A stretch of DNA of 64,000 nt from assembly GCA_963806535.1 (NCBI GenBank), contig CAWDYC010000006.1, positions 125,545 to 189,544 on the forward strand, given 5' to 3'. Shown in pieces: positions 1 to 10,936 of the stretch. The notes under the pieces were generated by a model, which worked only from the letters and a program-made list of their open reading frames with translations, did not search any database and was not told the origin of the DNA. This stretch comes from Candidatus Bathyarchaeota archaeon. Its GTDB lineage: Archaea; Thermoproteota; Bathyarchaeia; Bathyarchaeales; Bathycorpusculaceae. The stretch's first letter is position 1, and every line of letters starts with the position of its first letter. Position numbers and translations under genes: made by a program.

Positions 1-89
1 ATTCCGATAAATTTTGTATTGAAGATCATAGCGACATTGAAACTGTAAAGATTCTTCAAGTTTTTGAGAGAAAATTCAATCTCTACGTA

Positions 90-557
90 GTGTTCTCTGT
101 TGTTTATGGGTTTGTTTTTGTAAATTATATAGATATTATTTCAGGTGGTTTTAATGGTTATCACCTGTGGCTTATTATCATGTATTTTTTTCCTTTCATA
201 ACACTGTCAATATTTTTTCCCAGAAACTGGCAGTTGACTTTGGGGTTGGGCTTTATTGCTTCGTTGATGAATGATTTGTTCTATGGAGTTGTTAGAAACT
301 TGATGGGTTTCCCGCTTGATTTAAAATGGTATTACATTTCTTGGCTTATTCCGGGCAACGCCACTCTATTTCATTTGAACCTCGGCTTCGCGGTCCTTCC
401 TGTTATTTCATGGATGATGGCGCTCTCTATTTATGCAAGATTCATCGTGGTTTTCTTCTTACTGAGAACGTGGAAAATACAAGCAAAAGTTAGATGTGTA
501 AATGATGCACGGACAAAAAAGAAAGCTTTACTAAGTAAATTGGCAGAAAAATTCTGA
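90..557 (+). CDS. Hypothetical integral membrane protein
   Basis: 155-aa ORF with about 4 hydrophobic segments and a basic C-tail; start uncertain. Confidence 0.6.
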   Translation: MFSVVYGFVFVNYIDIISGGFNGYHLWLIIMYFFPFITLSIFFPRNWQLTLGLGFIASLMNDLFYGVVRNLMGFPLDLKWYYISWLIPGNATLFHLNLGFAVLPVISWMMALSIYARFIVVFFLLRTWKIQAKVRCVNDARTKKKALLSKLAEKF

Positions 558-596
558 TCGAACTCATTCACTACTTTCAGGTTTGCGTTGTCGAGG

Positions 597-1569
597 TTAA
601 GTTGCTGGGGCGGTTACGTTAAGCCAGATTTGTCCCCATGTTTGTTGGTATTGGTTTTGGTTTAGGGTTTGATTGTAGAGGTAGAGTTCAAATATTATTC
701 TTTGGTTCAAGCCTGGCTGTGTTAAAGTTACGTTTACTGGAAAGGTCCATGTTTGGTTGTTAGGTAATATTTGGCTAAACTGTTGAATTGGCGCTATAGG
801 AGCTGGGTTTACTGCTGTATCATTATTTCCAAGTTTTACCATAATGGTATAGTAAATTGGGCTGCCCATTTGGTTGCCAACATAACAATACAGGTTAACG
901 GTGTCACTTGCAACTACTTGATGAGGATAGTCGCCTAACTTCATGTTTGGCCCCAAGACACCTAATTCTGAGAATTGCTCACCTTGATTTTCTAGGAAGC
1001 ACAAATAATGAAACCGAAAAAAACGCTATAATAATGGTTATGCCTAAAAATATGGCACATAATTGTTCTGCTGTAATGATTAAGGATTTGTTATTTGCTA
1101 GGGGGTTTTTGGTTTTTATTCGATAGTTCTTTCGTAGATTAAACCAGATTCTCCAAAGTAATTTTGGACCAAAAGCATAGACAAGAATTCCTGCCAATAT
1201 TAGACTGACAGCAGATGCTACTGCAATTATAGGCAATACGTTTGATGCTGATTGCTGAGCTGCAATTGCTTGCTGCGTAACGTTTTGAGCAATTATTTGC
1301 GCTTGATCAACTAATGATTGTGCTCGTTGCGGATTTGTTGAATTCAATTGTTGGGCTTGCGCTGTCAAGTTTATGGCTTGGTTTAGTTGCTGTATGAGTT
1401 GGTTTGTGTCAGCGCCAGCGTTGGAAGCTTTGAGGATTGCTTTGTAGGCGCTATAGGTTGCGTCTTGTGCACTGTTGGTTGAGGCTGATTGACCATAGGT
1501 CATTGCGATCGCTGGAACTGTAATTAATAATAGCAGAAGAACTGTCATTAATTCTGTTGTTCTTTTCAT
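597..1569 (-). pseudogene. Frameshifted membrane protein: helical N-domain + TM + DUF1616 C-terminal-like domain (ORFs 979-1569 and 597-1004)
   Basis: Removing one A from the run at 988-991 (minus strand CCT AGA AAA TCA) joins ...SLFVLP to RNQGEQFSELGVLG. The paralogous pair 17504-18560 has the same two parts, including TM followed by GEQFS. Could be a sequencing error. Confidence 0.7.
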
Positions 1570-1671
1570 ACCCTCTCTCGTTCTCTGAAATAACGATTTC
1601 TAAGCATAAGACATATATAAAAATTGATAAGGATTACCTGTATTATCATCTCATTTGGAGGGAGCAGAGGG

Positions 1672-2250
1672 TTGAGTGCTGATTTAGATAAAATTATTTT
1701 GGAAACCGCTAAATCGCTAAATCAACCTATTGTTTCTGATCTTGTTGACAATTTGGTTAACAAAAAAGGCTTGAAATTCAAAGAAGCGACTAAAGCTGTC
1801 TACATTGAATGGAAAAAAGGCACTTTAGACCTAACTGAAGCTAAGCCTTCTTCATCCTTAGCAAGTTATCTTTTCAATCTGGAAAACATGTGGTTCTGGG
1901 GCACAACCATATTAGTAGCTTTTACGATGCTCGTTGTTTTCACTGTTGATAGCACTGTGCTGCTTTATGTTCGATATGTTTTAGGCGGCATTTTTATTTT
2001 ATTTTTGCCAGGGTTCATGCTTGTCTCTGTGCTTTATCCAAGGGGCCGAGAGATTGATGAGCTTGAAAGAGTGGCTCTGTCAATAGGTTTGAGTCTCGCT
2101 ATCGTACCGCTTGTCGGACTTGTGCTAAACTATACTCCTTGGGGAATAACTTTAACGCCAATTATGATTTCTTTGGCTTTTTTTTCAGAAGCACTGGCGT
2201 TTAGTGCGTTTGTAAGAAAATATCAATATTACAAGATAGGTTCAAAGTAA
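1672..2250 (+). CDS. DUF1616-family membrane protein
   Basis: Motifs LFLPGF..VSVLYP, IDELERVALSIGLSLAIVPLVGLVLNYTPWGI. TTG start at 1672 follows GGAGGGAG (track ORF starts at 1624). Confidence 0.8.
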   Translation: MSADLDKIILETAKSLNQPIVSDLVDNLVNKKGLKFKEATKAVYIEWKKGTLDLTEAKPSSSLASYLFNLENMWFWGTTILVAFTMLVVFTVDSTVLLYVRYVLGGIFILFLPGFMLVSVLYPRGREIDELERVALSIGLSLAIVPLVGLVLNYTPWGITLTPIMISLAFFSEALAFSAFVRKYQYYKIGSK

Positions 2251-2401
2251 TCATTACCGAACTTCGACACTTCTGCAAAATGTTTTGTTTACTCTCTTTT
2301 ATGGAAAAGCTTTAAACTTTAATAAAAAGGATGATACCGTAAATGGTCATTTAGGAGAGACGGGTGGGAATAGAGGGCGCTCCGACTTACTGGTGTAAAC
2401 A

Positions 2402-3157
2402 ATGAAACCTATTAGCAATTCATTCACTCTGCTTGGCGTTTGTTTAAGTCTGTCAGGCTTAACGCTGGTAGCTATAGCTTTCATTATTTTACAATCACCC
2501 CCCATCACGGCACTTGGACTATCAACCATAATTTTAGGTGCAGTTTCACTTGCTCTAGGAAGAGGCCAACCGAAAATTTCTCCAGAAGCAAGCGAGATAC
2601 TTTTGCAGTCTGGAATAGAAAATATTTCAGCAATAGTGGAAGAATTAGGCTTAAAATCCAATGCAATTTATTTGCCCTCTTCGATGACTTCTGGAAAGCC
2701 ACAGGCTCTTATTCCGTTACATTCGAATCCTCATCCACCCAAACTTGGGAACATTGTTTTGCCAAAACGGCTGATTGTTAAGCATGGTTCTAACCCTGAA
2801 GACATGGGGCTGTTGGTTACAACACCGGGATCCGCAGTTGCAGGCATGGTGACAACAAAATCTGATGCAGCAGAAGGAGACTTAGAGGCTGCTCTCACAT
2901 TTGTTCTTGTTAGCACAGTGGGCTTGGCCGACGGTGCGAAAGTAGCAATGGATGAAGAGAAAATTCGAGTTGAGATTTCTAACCCGCGTTTAGAATTCAA
3001 GAAAATGTGGGTTTATGAAAGCTTAGGCAGCCCTATCGCTTCCATAGTTGCTTCCGTAGTTGCTGAGGTCTTAGATAAACCAGTAACCGTCGACAACGAG
3101 CAATTCAGCAAGGGCAAATGCATTATCGAGCTAAAGTTGGCGGGGCGAAACTTCTGA
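2402..3157 (+). CDS. Conserved archaeal membrane protein (2 N-terminal TMs + soluble domain)
   Basis: 251-aa ORF, first gene of the operon ending in MoxR/DUF58; C-terminal LGSPIASIVASVVAE. Confidence 0.7.
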   Translation: MKPISNSFTLLGVCLSLSGLTLVAIAFIILQSPPITALGLSTIILGAVSLALGRGQPKISPEASEILLQSGIENISAIVEELGLKSNAIYLPSSMTSGKPQALIPLHSNPHPPKLGNIVLPKRLIVKHGSNPEDMGLLVTTPGSAVAGMVTTKSDAAEGDLEAALTFVLVSTVGLADGAKVAMDEEKIRVEISNPRLEFKKMWVYESLGSPIASIVASVVAEVLDKPVTVDNEQFSKGKCIIELKLAGRNF

Positions 3158-3417
3158 AAATTATAGAGAGATATATTCTATCTTTAGCCGTCACTTATGC
3201 CTTAACCACTTTTGCGCTTTCGTTCTACACCGCAAGCGGGCTAGATCTATTTGTTTCGATTTATATTGTTGAATATTTTATCTTGACGCTTCTACATTCT
3301 CCATTTAACGTGAAGACTCAAAAAACAACCAATTTGATCGGCTATTCGCTTTTTGGCATTTTCATAATTATCGTGGCGTTAAAGGTGCTGGAAATACTGA
3401 TAGGAGTAAGGTTATGA
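3118..3417 (+). CDS. Small 3-TM membrane protein
   Basis: Hydrophobic ORF whose stop overlaps the next start (ATGA at 3414-3417); true start may be CTG at 3154. Confidence 0.65.
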   Translation: MHYRAKVGGAKLLKIIERYILSLAVTYALTTFALSFYTASGLDLFVSIYIVEYFILTLLHSPFNVKTQKTTNLIGYSLFGIFIIIVALKVLEILIGVRL

Positions 3418-5384
3418 AGCGCCTTGCGGCTGTTCTAATTCTCCTTTTAGCCGTTTCTTTTCTTTCTCCGGTTATCACGGTTAAAGCTGCACCGGCACTC
3501 ATTCCACATGAGGACCCTTCAGGTGCCCAAAGCACCATGGATGCCTATTCTTTTCTTTCCCAGTATGCAGGCATTATGTCTCTTATTGCTAACGAACAAT
3601 ACGATAATGCCAGTAAGCTCACTGCACAGCTAAGTCATATTACTGTGCCACCAGACCTAAGCTATGTCATAAACAGATACAACAACATCACTCAACAACT
3701 TATCGGCACGTTATCAGACCTTCGAATTGCATTAGATAACGCCACTTCTCTTCTTAGTCAAAACAGATTAAACGAAGCTTCTCAAGCTCTCGATAACGCA
3801 AGCGTTTTGGTTGCCAGAGCCCAGATATTACTAGGTGACTTGCAAGACGCTACGGCGACCGTGAGTCAAAGGCTCGGCGTTTTTGCAGCGCCAGCTCAAA
3901 GCAACATTAAACAATCATATGATACCCTTCAAGGTCTTTTACAAAAACTAAACAACCTTATTAATCAATACCATCTGCTTTTACAGAACGCTAACAAACA
4001 AGCTGATGATATTAAGGCTAAACAACTTGATTCCACTCAACTTTCACTTAGCGTAAATCCAACAACAGCATTTGTCGGCGCGACAGTTACAGCTTCAGGA
4101 GTGCTCATGAGTGGCGGACAAGTTTTGCAAAACCGGGCTGTAGCGATACTTTTAAACGGAACTCAAGTTGCAAGTTTTGACACTAATTCAAATGGGCAAT
4201 ACTTTGCAGTTTTTACTGTTCCATATCGCTACGTAAAATCGATTACCGTTCAGGCACTTTATGCGCCTACAAGCAGCTTCGACAAAGCAACGTATCTAGC
4301 AGGTTTAAGCACAAAAATCTCGATTAGCATATTGTTCTATCAAACTTATCTTAACGTAACGATGCCTAATGTTGCTTATCCAGGTTTGAATTATATTGTA
4401 AGTGGAGTGGTAACATCCCAGAATGGATCTATTCTAAGTCAGAGAGCAGTCAACTTGCTTTTTGATGATAAAGTGGTTGGGCAAATTGAAACCAATCAGT
4501 CTGGCTTGTTTTGCATCGAAACTACTCTTAGTCCCCAAGCAGCGGTAGGAGTTCACAGCTTAACCGTAGGCGTTGATCCAGAAAAACTCTACGCAGGAGT
4601 AAGCCAAAATACAGCTATATCAGTCACAAAGCTTACTTCCAAACTAAACTTTAATGCGCCCTCTTTTGTTTTCCTTCCCTCAGCGTTGCATATTTCTGGA
4701 ACTGCAAGTTCCCCTTCAGGACCTTTAAAGAACGCTTTAGTTACACTGGAATTCGCAAGCATTTCAGACACAATTTCAACGATGGATGATGGCTCTTTCA
4801 ACTCAACAATGAATATACCATTGAGTACAATTTTTGCGGGAACTCAAGACATTAAAGTTTCCGTTCAGCCGGCTGAACCTTGGCAAGCATCGACTCAGAA
4901 AGACGCTAGCGTTTTTGTTTTGAACTCGGTTAGTACCGCATTTTCTCTTGTTGCTTCCTTCTCGATAGTTGGAGTTTTATGCCTGAAGTTTGCTAAGTCA
5001 AAACCCAAGAAAAATAAGGAAAAATTGGTTCAAGATTATTATTCAACATTACCGCAGACTTCAGCAATTAATGGAGCTGGGGCTTCCATTAAGGCTGAGT
5101 TCAAATTTGAGGGTATTAAGGGCAAAGTCTTGGAGGCTTATATTAAAGCTCTAAGAAGCATCGAGTACCTTTCCGGAATTACAATTAATCAAGACATGAC
5201 TTTGCGCGAGTTTTTGCACATTACCGAACGCAGTCTTGGTAATGCAGTTTATCAATTTACAGAGTTGACATTGCTGGCTGAAAGAGCCCTTTATTCTAAA
5301 CACATGCCTGAAGAGCAGGATTTGTTAAAAGCACAAAGTTTCGCAAACGAAATTGGGAGGATACTGAATAATGAAAACAAGTAA
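3414..5384 (+). CDS. Secreted/membrane-anchored protein with helical region, Ig-like repeats, TM and C-terminal DUF4129-like domain
   Basis: Signal peptide; beta-rich repeats (VTASGVL, IVSGVVT, ISGTAS); TM; C-terminal MTLREF...FTELTLLAERALYS typical of DUF4129. Confidence 0.75.
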   Translation: MKRLAAVLILLLAVSFLSPVITVKAAPALIPHEDPSGAQSTMDAYSFLSQYAGIMSLIANEQYDNASKLTAQLSHITVPPDLSYVINRYNNITQQLIGTLSDLRIALDNATSLLSQNRLNEASQALDNASVLVARAQILLGDLQDATATVSQRLGVFAAPAQSNIKQSYDTLQGLLQKLNNLINQYHLLLQNANKQADDIKAKQLDSTQLSLSVNPTTAFVGATVTASGVLMSGGQVLQNRAVAILLNGTQVASFDTNSNGQYFAVFTVPYRYVKSITVQALYAPTSSFDKATYLAGLSTKISISILFYQTYLNVTMPNVAYPGLNYIVSGVVTSQNGSILSQRAVNLLFDDKVVGQIETNQSGLFCIETTLSPQAAVGVHSLTVGVDPEKLYAGVSQNTAISVTKLTSKLNFNAPSFVFLPSALHISGTASSPSGPLKNALVTLEFASISDTISTMDDGSFNSTMNIPLSTIFAGTQDIKVSVQPAEPWQASTQKDASVFVLNSVSTAFSLVASFSIVGVLCLKFAKSKPKKNKEKLVQDYYSTLPQTSAINGAGASIKAEFKFEGIKGKVLEAYIKALRSIEYLSGITINQDMTLREFLHITERSLGNAVYQFTELTLLAERALYSKHMPEEQDLLKAQSFANEIGRILNNENK

Positions 5385-6276
5385 ACTCCTGCTTGCCTTA
5401 ACCTTAGTCATCATAATTTCAATGTTGACTTTGATTTGGTTCTTCCCGCCGAACGGAGATTTCAGGGTTGAAAATCCATCTTGGAACGGGCTTTCAACAC
5501 TTAACTCAAAGGCTAAACTCACTGTTATAGACACATTTGCTAATTTGCCCGCTAATCCTAAAGGAACTGCACTTCTTCTTGTGCCTTACGAGGCATTTTC
5601 TTATTCAGAGCTTTCACAACTAAAAAATTACGCTTTGAATGGGGGAACGTTGGTGATTCTTGACGATTATGGCTTTGGCAACCAAGTTCTGAATGGCATT
5701 GGATTGAAAATGAGATTTACTGGAGTGCCCATGTTAGATCCCCTTTATAATTATAAGGATAAATGGATACCGAAGATTACAGATTTCTCAAATTCTTCAA
5801 TTGCAGAAAATGTTAGTAGCATTGTCCTTAATCATGCTTCAAGCTTGAACAATACATCAGATTCTACCGTCATAGCTTATTCTTCCACGTTTAGCTTTCT
5901 AGACGTCAACGGTGACGGATCATGGAATAATAATGAACCTAACGGGCCTTTTCCAATCATAGCGTATAATACATTAGGTCATGGCAACGTTGTTGCAATT
6001 GCTGACCCGAGCCTTATGATTAACAGCATGATCGTTTTAGACAATAACTTACAACTCGTTAACAATGTTGTTAGTATACAGGATGGTAGCCCTAAGATTT
6101 TTGTTGATCAATCTCATTTACCCAAGGAACCATTAGATGATGCCAAAGCTACTATTGCAGCATTCTATGGAGCGATTTCTTCTACTGTTGGCACGTTAAG
6201 CTTAATAGCAGTGATAATAGTTTTATCTCTAAATTCAATGTGGCGGAAGGGAAAGAGCAATGGCAACAAACATTAA
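5371..6276 (+). CDS. DUF4350-family protein (GATase-like fold)
   Basis: NPSWNGLS, GGTLVILDDYG, GHGNVVAIADPSLMINSM; N- and C-terminal TMs; sits directly before MoxR. Confidence 0.75.
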   Translation: MKTSKLLLALTLVIIISMLTLIWFFPPNGDFRVENPSWNGLSTLNSKAKLTVIDTFANLPANPKGTALLLVPYEAFSYSELSQLKNYALNGGTLVILDDYGFGNQVLNGIGLKMRFTGVPMLDPLYNYKDKWIPKITDFSNSSIAENVSSIVLNHASSLNNTSDSTVIAYSSTFSFLDVNGDGSWNNNEPNGPFPIIAYNTLGHGNVVAIADPSLMINSMIVLDNNLQLVNNVVSIQDGSPKIFVDQSHLPKEPLDDAKATIAAFYGAISSTVGTLSLIAVIIVLSLNSMWRKGKSNGNKH

Positions 6277-7204
6277 AGACATAACTGGAATACCTGGCAG
6301 AATCCTTGATGAAGTATCCAAAATTGTTATTGGCAAAGAAGAAATAAAGGAAATGCTTCTGGTTGCTCTATTAAGCGAAGGTCATGTTCTGATTGAAGGC
6401 TTACCTGGAACAGCCAAAACCTTACTTGCAAAAACATTTTCCAGTGTAATAGGTGGAGAGTTCAAAAGAATCCAGTTTACGCCAGATATGTTACCTGCAG
6501 ACGTAACAGGATTTAATCTTTATACTCCTGACGGGAAGTCCAGATTCTTAGAAGGCCCATTGTTTGCGAATGTTGTTTTATCTGATGAGTTGAATCGAAC
6601 AACACCAAGAACACAAGCAGCTTTAATTGAAGCCATGCAAGAAAGACAAGTAACTATTGAAGGTAAAACCCATGTTTTGCCTAGACCTTTTATGATTATA
6701 GCAAGTCAGTTACCTTACGGATCTGAGGGAACTTATCCATTAACTGAAGTGCAGGCAGACCGGTTCATGCTTAGAGTTTGGAGCGACTACTTAAGTAAGG
6801 AAGATGAGGAGAAAGTTATTTCCAAGTTAGATTATATCGAAGAACCCGACATCAAAGCCGTTGCTTCACTCAAGGAAATTGCGAACCTTCAATCATCAGT
6901 CAAAAAGGTCCACGTGTCCGATGAAGTTAAAAACTACATAGTTTCGTTGGTAAGGTTTGCGCGTGAAGATCCAGATATTTTCACTGGCCCAAGCACCAGA
7001 ACCAGCGTTTCATTTTACAAAGGATCAAGAGCATTTGCCTTTTTGCAAGGAAGAGATTACGTGTTGCCAGATGATGTGAAGAAGTTAGCTATTCCGGTTA
7101 TGATTCATAGGGTGCGTGTTAAGCCTGAAGCCGAAATGGAAAATGTAAAGCCTATCAACATTGTTGAAAGGGTTCTCAAAAGTGTCGCTGTTCCAAAAAT
7201 ATAG
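6260..7204 (+). CDS. moxR: MoxR-family AAA+ ATPase
   Basis: Walker A EGLPGTAKT, RIQFTPDMLPADVTG, Walker B DELNRTTPRTQAALIEAMQERQVT, EGTYPL. Confidence 0.95.
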   Translation: MATNIKDITGIPGRILDEVSKIVIGKEEIKEMLLVALLSEGHVLIEGLPGTAKTLLAKTFSSVIGGEFKRIQFTPDMLPADVTGFNLYTPDGKSRFLEGPLFANVVLSDELNRTTPRTQAALIEAMQERQVTIEGKTHVLPRPFMIIASQLPYGSEGTYPLTEVQADRFMLRVWSDYLSKEDEEKVISKLDYIEEPDIKAVASLKEIANLQSSVKKVHVSDEVKNYIVSLVRFAREDPDIFTGPSTRTSVSFYKGSRAFAFLQGRDYVLPDDVKKLAIPVMIHRVRVKPEAEMENVKPINIVERVLKSVAVPKI

Positions 7205-7234
7205 TTAAGTCTAAGCTAAGCAGATGAAGAATCG

Positions 7235-8803
7235 ATGGCAGCAGTTACTGTTAAAATGGTTGCTAAAGTATATTATGTATCTGTGCTTTTGCTAGCTATT
7301 CTGGTTTCTCCGCTTCCACAATTGGTTTTGGCTCTTGTTTTGTTGGCGATTCAGCTTAGTTTGGCATATAGACAACCCAGAGGAAGCATAGGTTTGGTTT
7401 TTGCTTCTTTGATTTTTGCTCCCTTAGCACTTACCGCTGCGGTCGGTGGGGTCTTTGCTGTTTTATTGGCAGTTCCTATCTTATTGCTTTTAGACGGGAG
7501 CCTTAAAGAGAACGCTTCGGACCAGCGTTTTGGATTCAAGAGAGTCGGCAGAAGCGCCTCTGATGTTTTAAAAATCTTGATTGTAGCCACGGTCATTGTA
7601 TTTGTGTCTTCCGTCTTTTTGTGGAACTTAACTCTAATATTGACTGTTGCCATTTTAGCCGCCTATTTTGTACTTAGTTTGGCAAATGTTTTTCGTAAAA
7701 TTCCTAGAAGACCTTTTGAGGAATCAAAGACTTGGAACAGAACAGTAGTAGGTGAAACTGCAAGTAATTTGTCTTCTCTCAAGACAAAGTGTAATGTGCC
7801 CATTTTTGTTTCTCTGTCCTCTGCGGCTTCCTGGGTTAAGGTTGAACATTCAGAGTTTGTTTTACCTTCCGGTAGCGAGATGAATGTTGCTTTGAGTTTT
7901 ACGCCACCCTTAGCTGGGCCAAGCAAAATTTCGCTTCATGCTTTGGCCGTTGATTCTCACGGTCTAGTTTTGACTGGTCAGAATTTGGAGCCTGTTGATT
8001 TGCATATTATCCCAAGGGCTCAATATGCTCGTTGGCTTGCTGTGAAGTATCTTGAACGTACTGCGTCCGAATCAAATATGGTTAGTTCTGTTGTTTCTAC
8101 TTCCGCTGGTAAATCAGCTAAGAAAGAGGTAGAGTACTATGGGAGTCGTGAGTATCAGCCAGGAGATAGATGGAAGGATGTTGATTGGAAGCACACGTAT
8201 CTTTTTGGAAAGCTAATTGTTAAGGAGTTTGCAGGCGCTCAGGGACAGAATGCTATTTTGGTTGCAGATTTAACTGCCAAGAATGCTGAGGAAGCCGATA
8301 AGTTGGCATTTGATTTAGTAATGTCTGCATATACTTTTGCATTGGAGTCTTTGCCAACTGCTCTTGCAGTTTACAATTGTGATGAGGTGCTTGCAATGTC
8401 TCCACCACTCAATCCTAGAGAAGCATTGAAGAAAACACTACAATTAACAGAGAAGATAATCGTTGTTGAACCTTCGGAAAAAGTTTTGGAGCCCACTAAA
8501 ATGCGTAAGATTCGACGGTCAATAATTCTACTTGAGCAATCAAAAATGAACTCCAGTCAGAGGTTAGCTGAAGTTTTAAACCTTGAATATGAATCAAATA
8601 GGAAAACAGCACTAAATGACCCAGTCGGCAAAACGTTAATAAGAATCGTTGAAAGCATAATGCCACCTTCAACCATAACCGTTGTTTCCTCTTCGTCTTG
8701 CAATGAAAACATATTGAATGTAATTCTAGAAAAATTAGAAGACAAAGGATACAAAATCATAAGAACAGAAAGCACGCCAAAAAACAAAATTACTTCTATT
8801 TAA
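7235..8803 (+). CDS. DUF58 domain membrane protein
   Basis: EYYGSREYQPGDRWKDVDWKHT...LIVKEF signature; N-terminal TMs; directly after MoxR. Confidence 0.88.
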   Translation: MAAVTVKMVAKVYYVSVLLLAILVSPLPQLVLALVLLAIQLSLAYRQPRGSIGLVFASLIFAPLALTAAVGGVFAVLLAVPILLLLDGSLKENASDQRFGFKRVGRSASDVLKILIVATVIVFVSSVFLWNLTLILTVAILAAYFVLSLANVFRKIPRRPFEESKTWNRTVVGETASNLSSLKTKCNVPIFVSLSSAASWVKVEHSEFVLPSGSEMNVALSFTPPLAGPSKISLHALAVDSHGLVLTGQNLEPVDLHIIPRAQYARWLAVKYLERTASESNMVSSVVSTSAGKSAKKEVEYYGSREYQPGDRWKDVDWKHTYLFGKLIVKEFAGAQGQNAILVADLTAKNAEEADKLAFDLVMSAYTFALESLPTALAVYNCDEVLAMSPPLNPREALKKTLQLTEKIIVVEPSEKVLEPTKMRKIRRSIILLEQSKMNSSQRLAEVLNLEYESNRKTALNDPVGKTLIRIVESIMPPSTITVVSSSSCNENILNVILEKLEDKGYKIIRTESTPKNKITSI

Positions 8804-8930
8804 GCTCCAAGTAGAAATAATATTTAGCTGAGATACATAATCCTAATTAATCGTTTAATTTCTATTTACCATTACTAGACGTTAACAAACACCAATTCAT
8901 AGGATAAACAATCAACATTCTGGCGAAAAA

Positions 8931-9617
8931 ATGTTAGAAAAATTCAAAGAACAAAGAATTCGCATAGCGATCATAGTTATCGCAGCTGTCTTAATTTTTT
9001 ATGCTGTTGGAAATGCTACAAACCTGTTTGGGAATCCTGTCTTCTCAATGTTTTGGGTATTAAGCAATGAACAAGCTCATAGCGTGGCCATTTATGGCGC
9101 CGTAGCAGGAGTAGTCGCCGTGCTGGCAATTGGCTTAGCCATGACTCTTATCAAGAAACGGAAGACCCTAAAACCAGGGACAACATATAAGCCCGCCATT
9201 TCTAGCTTTAAACCTGCTACTTCCAGCATTAAAACACCTATTCAAACACCAGTTAAAGCCGCTCCTCCAACTATTTCACACCCAACTATTACACCAAAAA
9301 TGAATAGCAAAAAAGAAGAATACAAAACAGAACAAAAAATTGAGCCGATAAAACAACCAATCATCCAGCCTACAATACCGTCGGCGGCTCAAAAACCAGT
9401 TACACCAATCAATATACCAACCAACGGTCAAAACAAGACAAACAACCAAAAAATCAATACAGACAAACCAACTAGCGATAAATTATCTTGCCCGAACTGC
9501 AAAAAACAATTCGGTACACCCCTCTTCATGCTAGAATATGTTCAATCAAAACCAAAACTGGTTGGGCATTGCCCATACTGCGACCAAACTCTAGCTAACG
9601 TCCAAAAAGATGCTTAA
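8931..9617 (+). CDS. Membrane protein with P/T/K-rich linker and C-terminal zinc ribbon
   Basis: Two TMs; CPNC...CPYC at the C-terminus; first ~90 aa homologous to 18647-20539. Confidence 0.75.
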   Translation: MLEKFKEQRIRIAIIVIAAVLIFYAVGNATNLFGNPVFSMFWVLSNEQAHSVAIYGAVAGVVAVLAIGLAMTLIKKRKTLKPGTTYKPAISSFKPATSSIKTPIQTPVKAAPPTISHPTITPKMNSKKEEYKTEQKIEPIKQPIIQPTIPSAAQKPVTPINIPTNGQNKTNNQKINTDKPTSDKLSCPNCKKQFGTPLFMLEYVQSKPKLVGHCPYCDQTLANVQKDA

Positions 9618-9695
9618 GTATAACTAATCATTTTTTAAATTTTAGAGAAATAAGTTACTCTTTTAAGCTTACTGTATCTAATAAGAGCATGTCAG

Positions 9696-10676
9696 TTGCT
9701 GCAATCCAAAGAGGTAATTCAAATAAATGGAGTGGAAATGCGCTCAATGAGCAAACCAAAGGTACTTTTAGGCTTGATCGGAGTAATAGTTTTAGTTTGG
9801 GGCGTCGGCATTGTAACTCGCGTTTGGGCTAATCCAATCTTCGCCTCTTTTTGGGTTGTAAGCAACGGAATGGCAGAAGTTTTGTCTTATGTTGGAACAG
9901 GTTTTGGAGGCTTGTTGCTTGCATTGGCAGTAATAGCTTACTATCAAAACACCAACAGAGGGATAGCCAAAAATAGCATACTTGAAGCCTCACAAATTAT
10001 GCGCCCAATGAGCAAAGCAATTGTACTAGTAGGCATAATCGGAATAGGTTTTTTAGTTTGGAGCATCGGCACTCCAATTCATCTTTGGGCTAACCCAATA
10101 TTCGCTTATTTCTGGGTTACAAGCAATAATGTGTCAAAAGCTTTGTCTTATGTTGGAACATGTTTTGGAGCTTTATTGTTTGCATTGGCTGTAATATTCT
10201 ATTATCAAAACACACACAAGAGACCAAGCAAAAATAACATTGTTACAGCCTTACAAACGATGCATCCGATGGGCAAATCAACGATATTGCTAAGTTTGCT
10301 TGGAATGGTTTTTTTAGTTTGGGGTATTGGCATTTCAACTCGAATTTGGGCTAATCCAATTTTATCCTCTTTCAATGTTGTAAGTAACGGTGTGGCAGAT
10401 GCTTTGTCTTATGTTGCTTCAGGTATTGGAGGCTTGTTTCTGGCGTTATCTGTGATAGTTTACTATCAAAACACAAACGGGCGAACAGGCAAGATTCTTG
10501 TAGCTGACTCTTCCCATCCAACTAGACTCGATAGGTCTGAATTTTATGATGATAATTGGCAAAAAAAACTATTACACCAAACAGAGGCTGATAATGATGA
10601 GCATAGTCCATTTGTAATCATAAATGGAAGACGCACAAACTTAGGTTCCGAAGAGATGGAAAAAATTCTAGAATAA
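9696..10676 (+). CDS. Membrane protein with three tandem 87-aa hairpin repeats
   Basis: Repeats start at 9738, 9999 and 10260 (261-bp period), each W-ANPI-x-VSN-x-LSYVG-x-YYQNT. Confidence 0.8.
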   Translation: MLQSKEVIQINGVEMRSMSKPKVLLGLIGVIVLVWGVGIVTRVWANPIFASFWVVSNGMAEVLSYVGTGFGGLLLALAVIAYYQNTNRGIAKNSILEASQIMRPMSKAIVLVGIIGIGFLVWSIGTPIHLWANPIFAYFWVTSNNVSKALSYVGTCFGALLFALAVIFYYQNTHKRPSKNNIVTALQTMHPMGKSTILLSLLGMVFLVWGIGISTRIWANPILSSFNVVSNGVADALSYVASGIGGLFLALSVIVYYQNTNGRTGKILVADSSHPTRLDRSEFYDDNWQKKLLHQTEADNDEHSPFVIINGRRTNLGSEEMEKILE

Positions 10677-10699
10677 ATTTATTGATTTTTTAATTTAAG

Positions 10700-10912
10700 T
10701 CAGCGTGTGGGTCCAGGTTTTCTCCAGCATTCGGGGTTTTTGTAGGCTGTTTTTGGCCCTTCTTTCCATATTGTTTCCCAGACTTTTTGGAATTCTTGGC
10801 TTGTGAGTTTTTCATGATTTTGAATTTTAGTTATGATTTGCGTTGTTTCATCGTCTGGTTTATTTCCGTTTTGAGTAATTCTTAATGATTCAAGTAATCT
10901 TTCTTCGAACAT
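10700..10912 (-). CDS. Small hypothetical protein
   Basis: 70 aa; ATG preceded by GAAGGTAG; natural composition. Confidence 0.5.
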   Translation of the reverse strand: MFEERLLESLRITQNGNKPDDETTQIITKIQNHEKLTSQEFQKVWETIWKEGPKTAYKNPECWRKPGPTR

Positions 10913-10936
10913 TTTTCTACCTTCTTTTTCATATTT

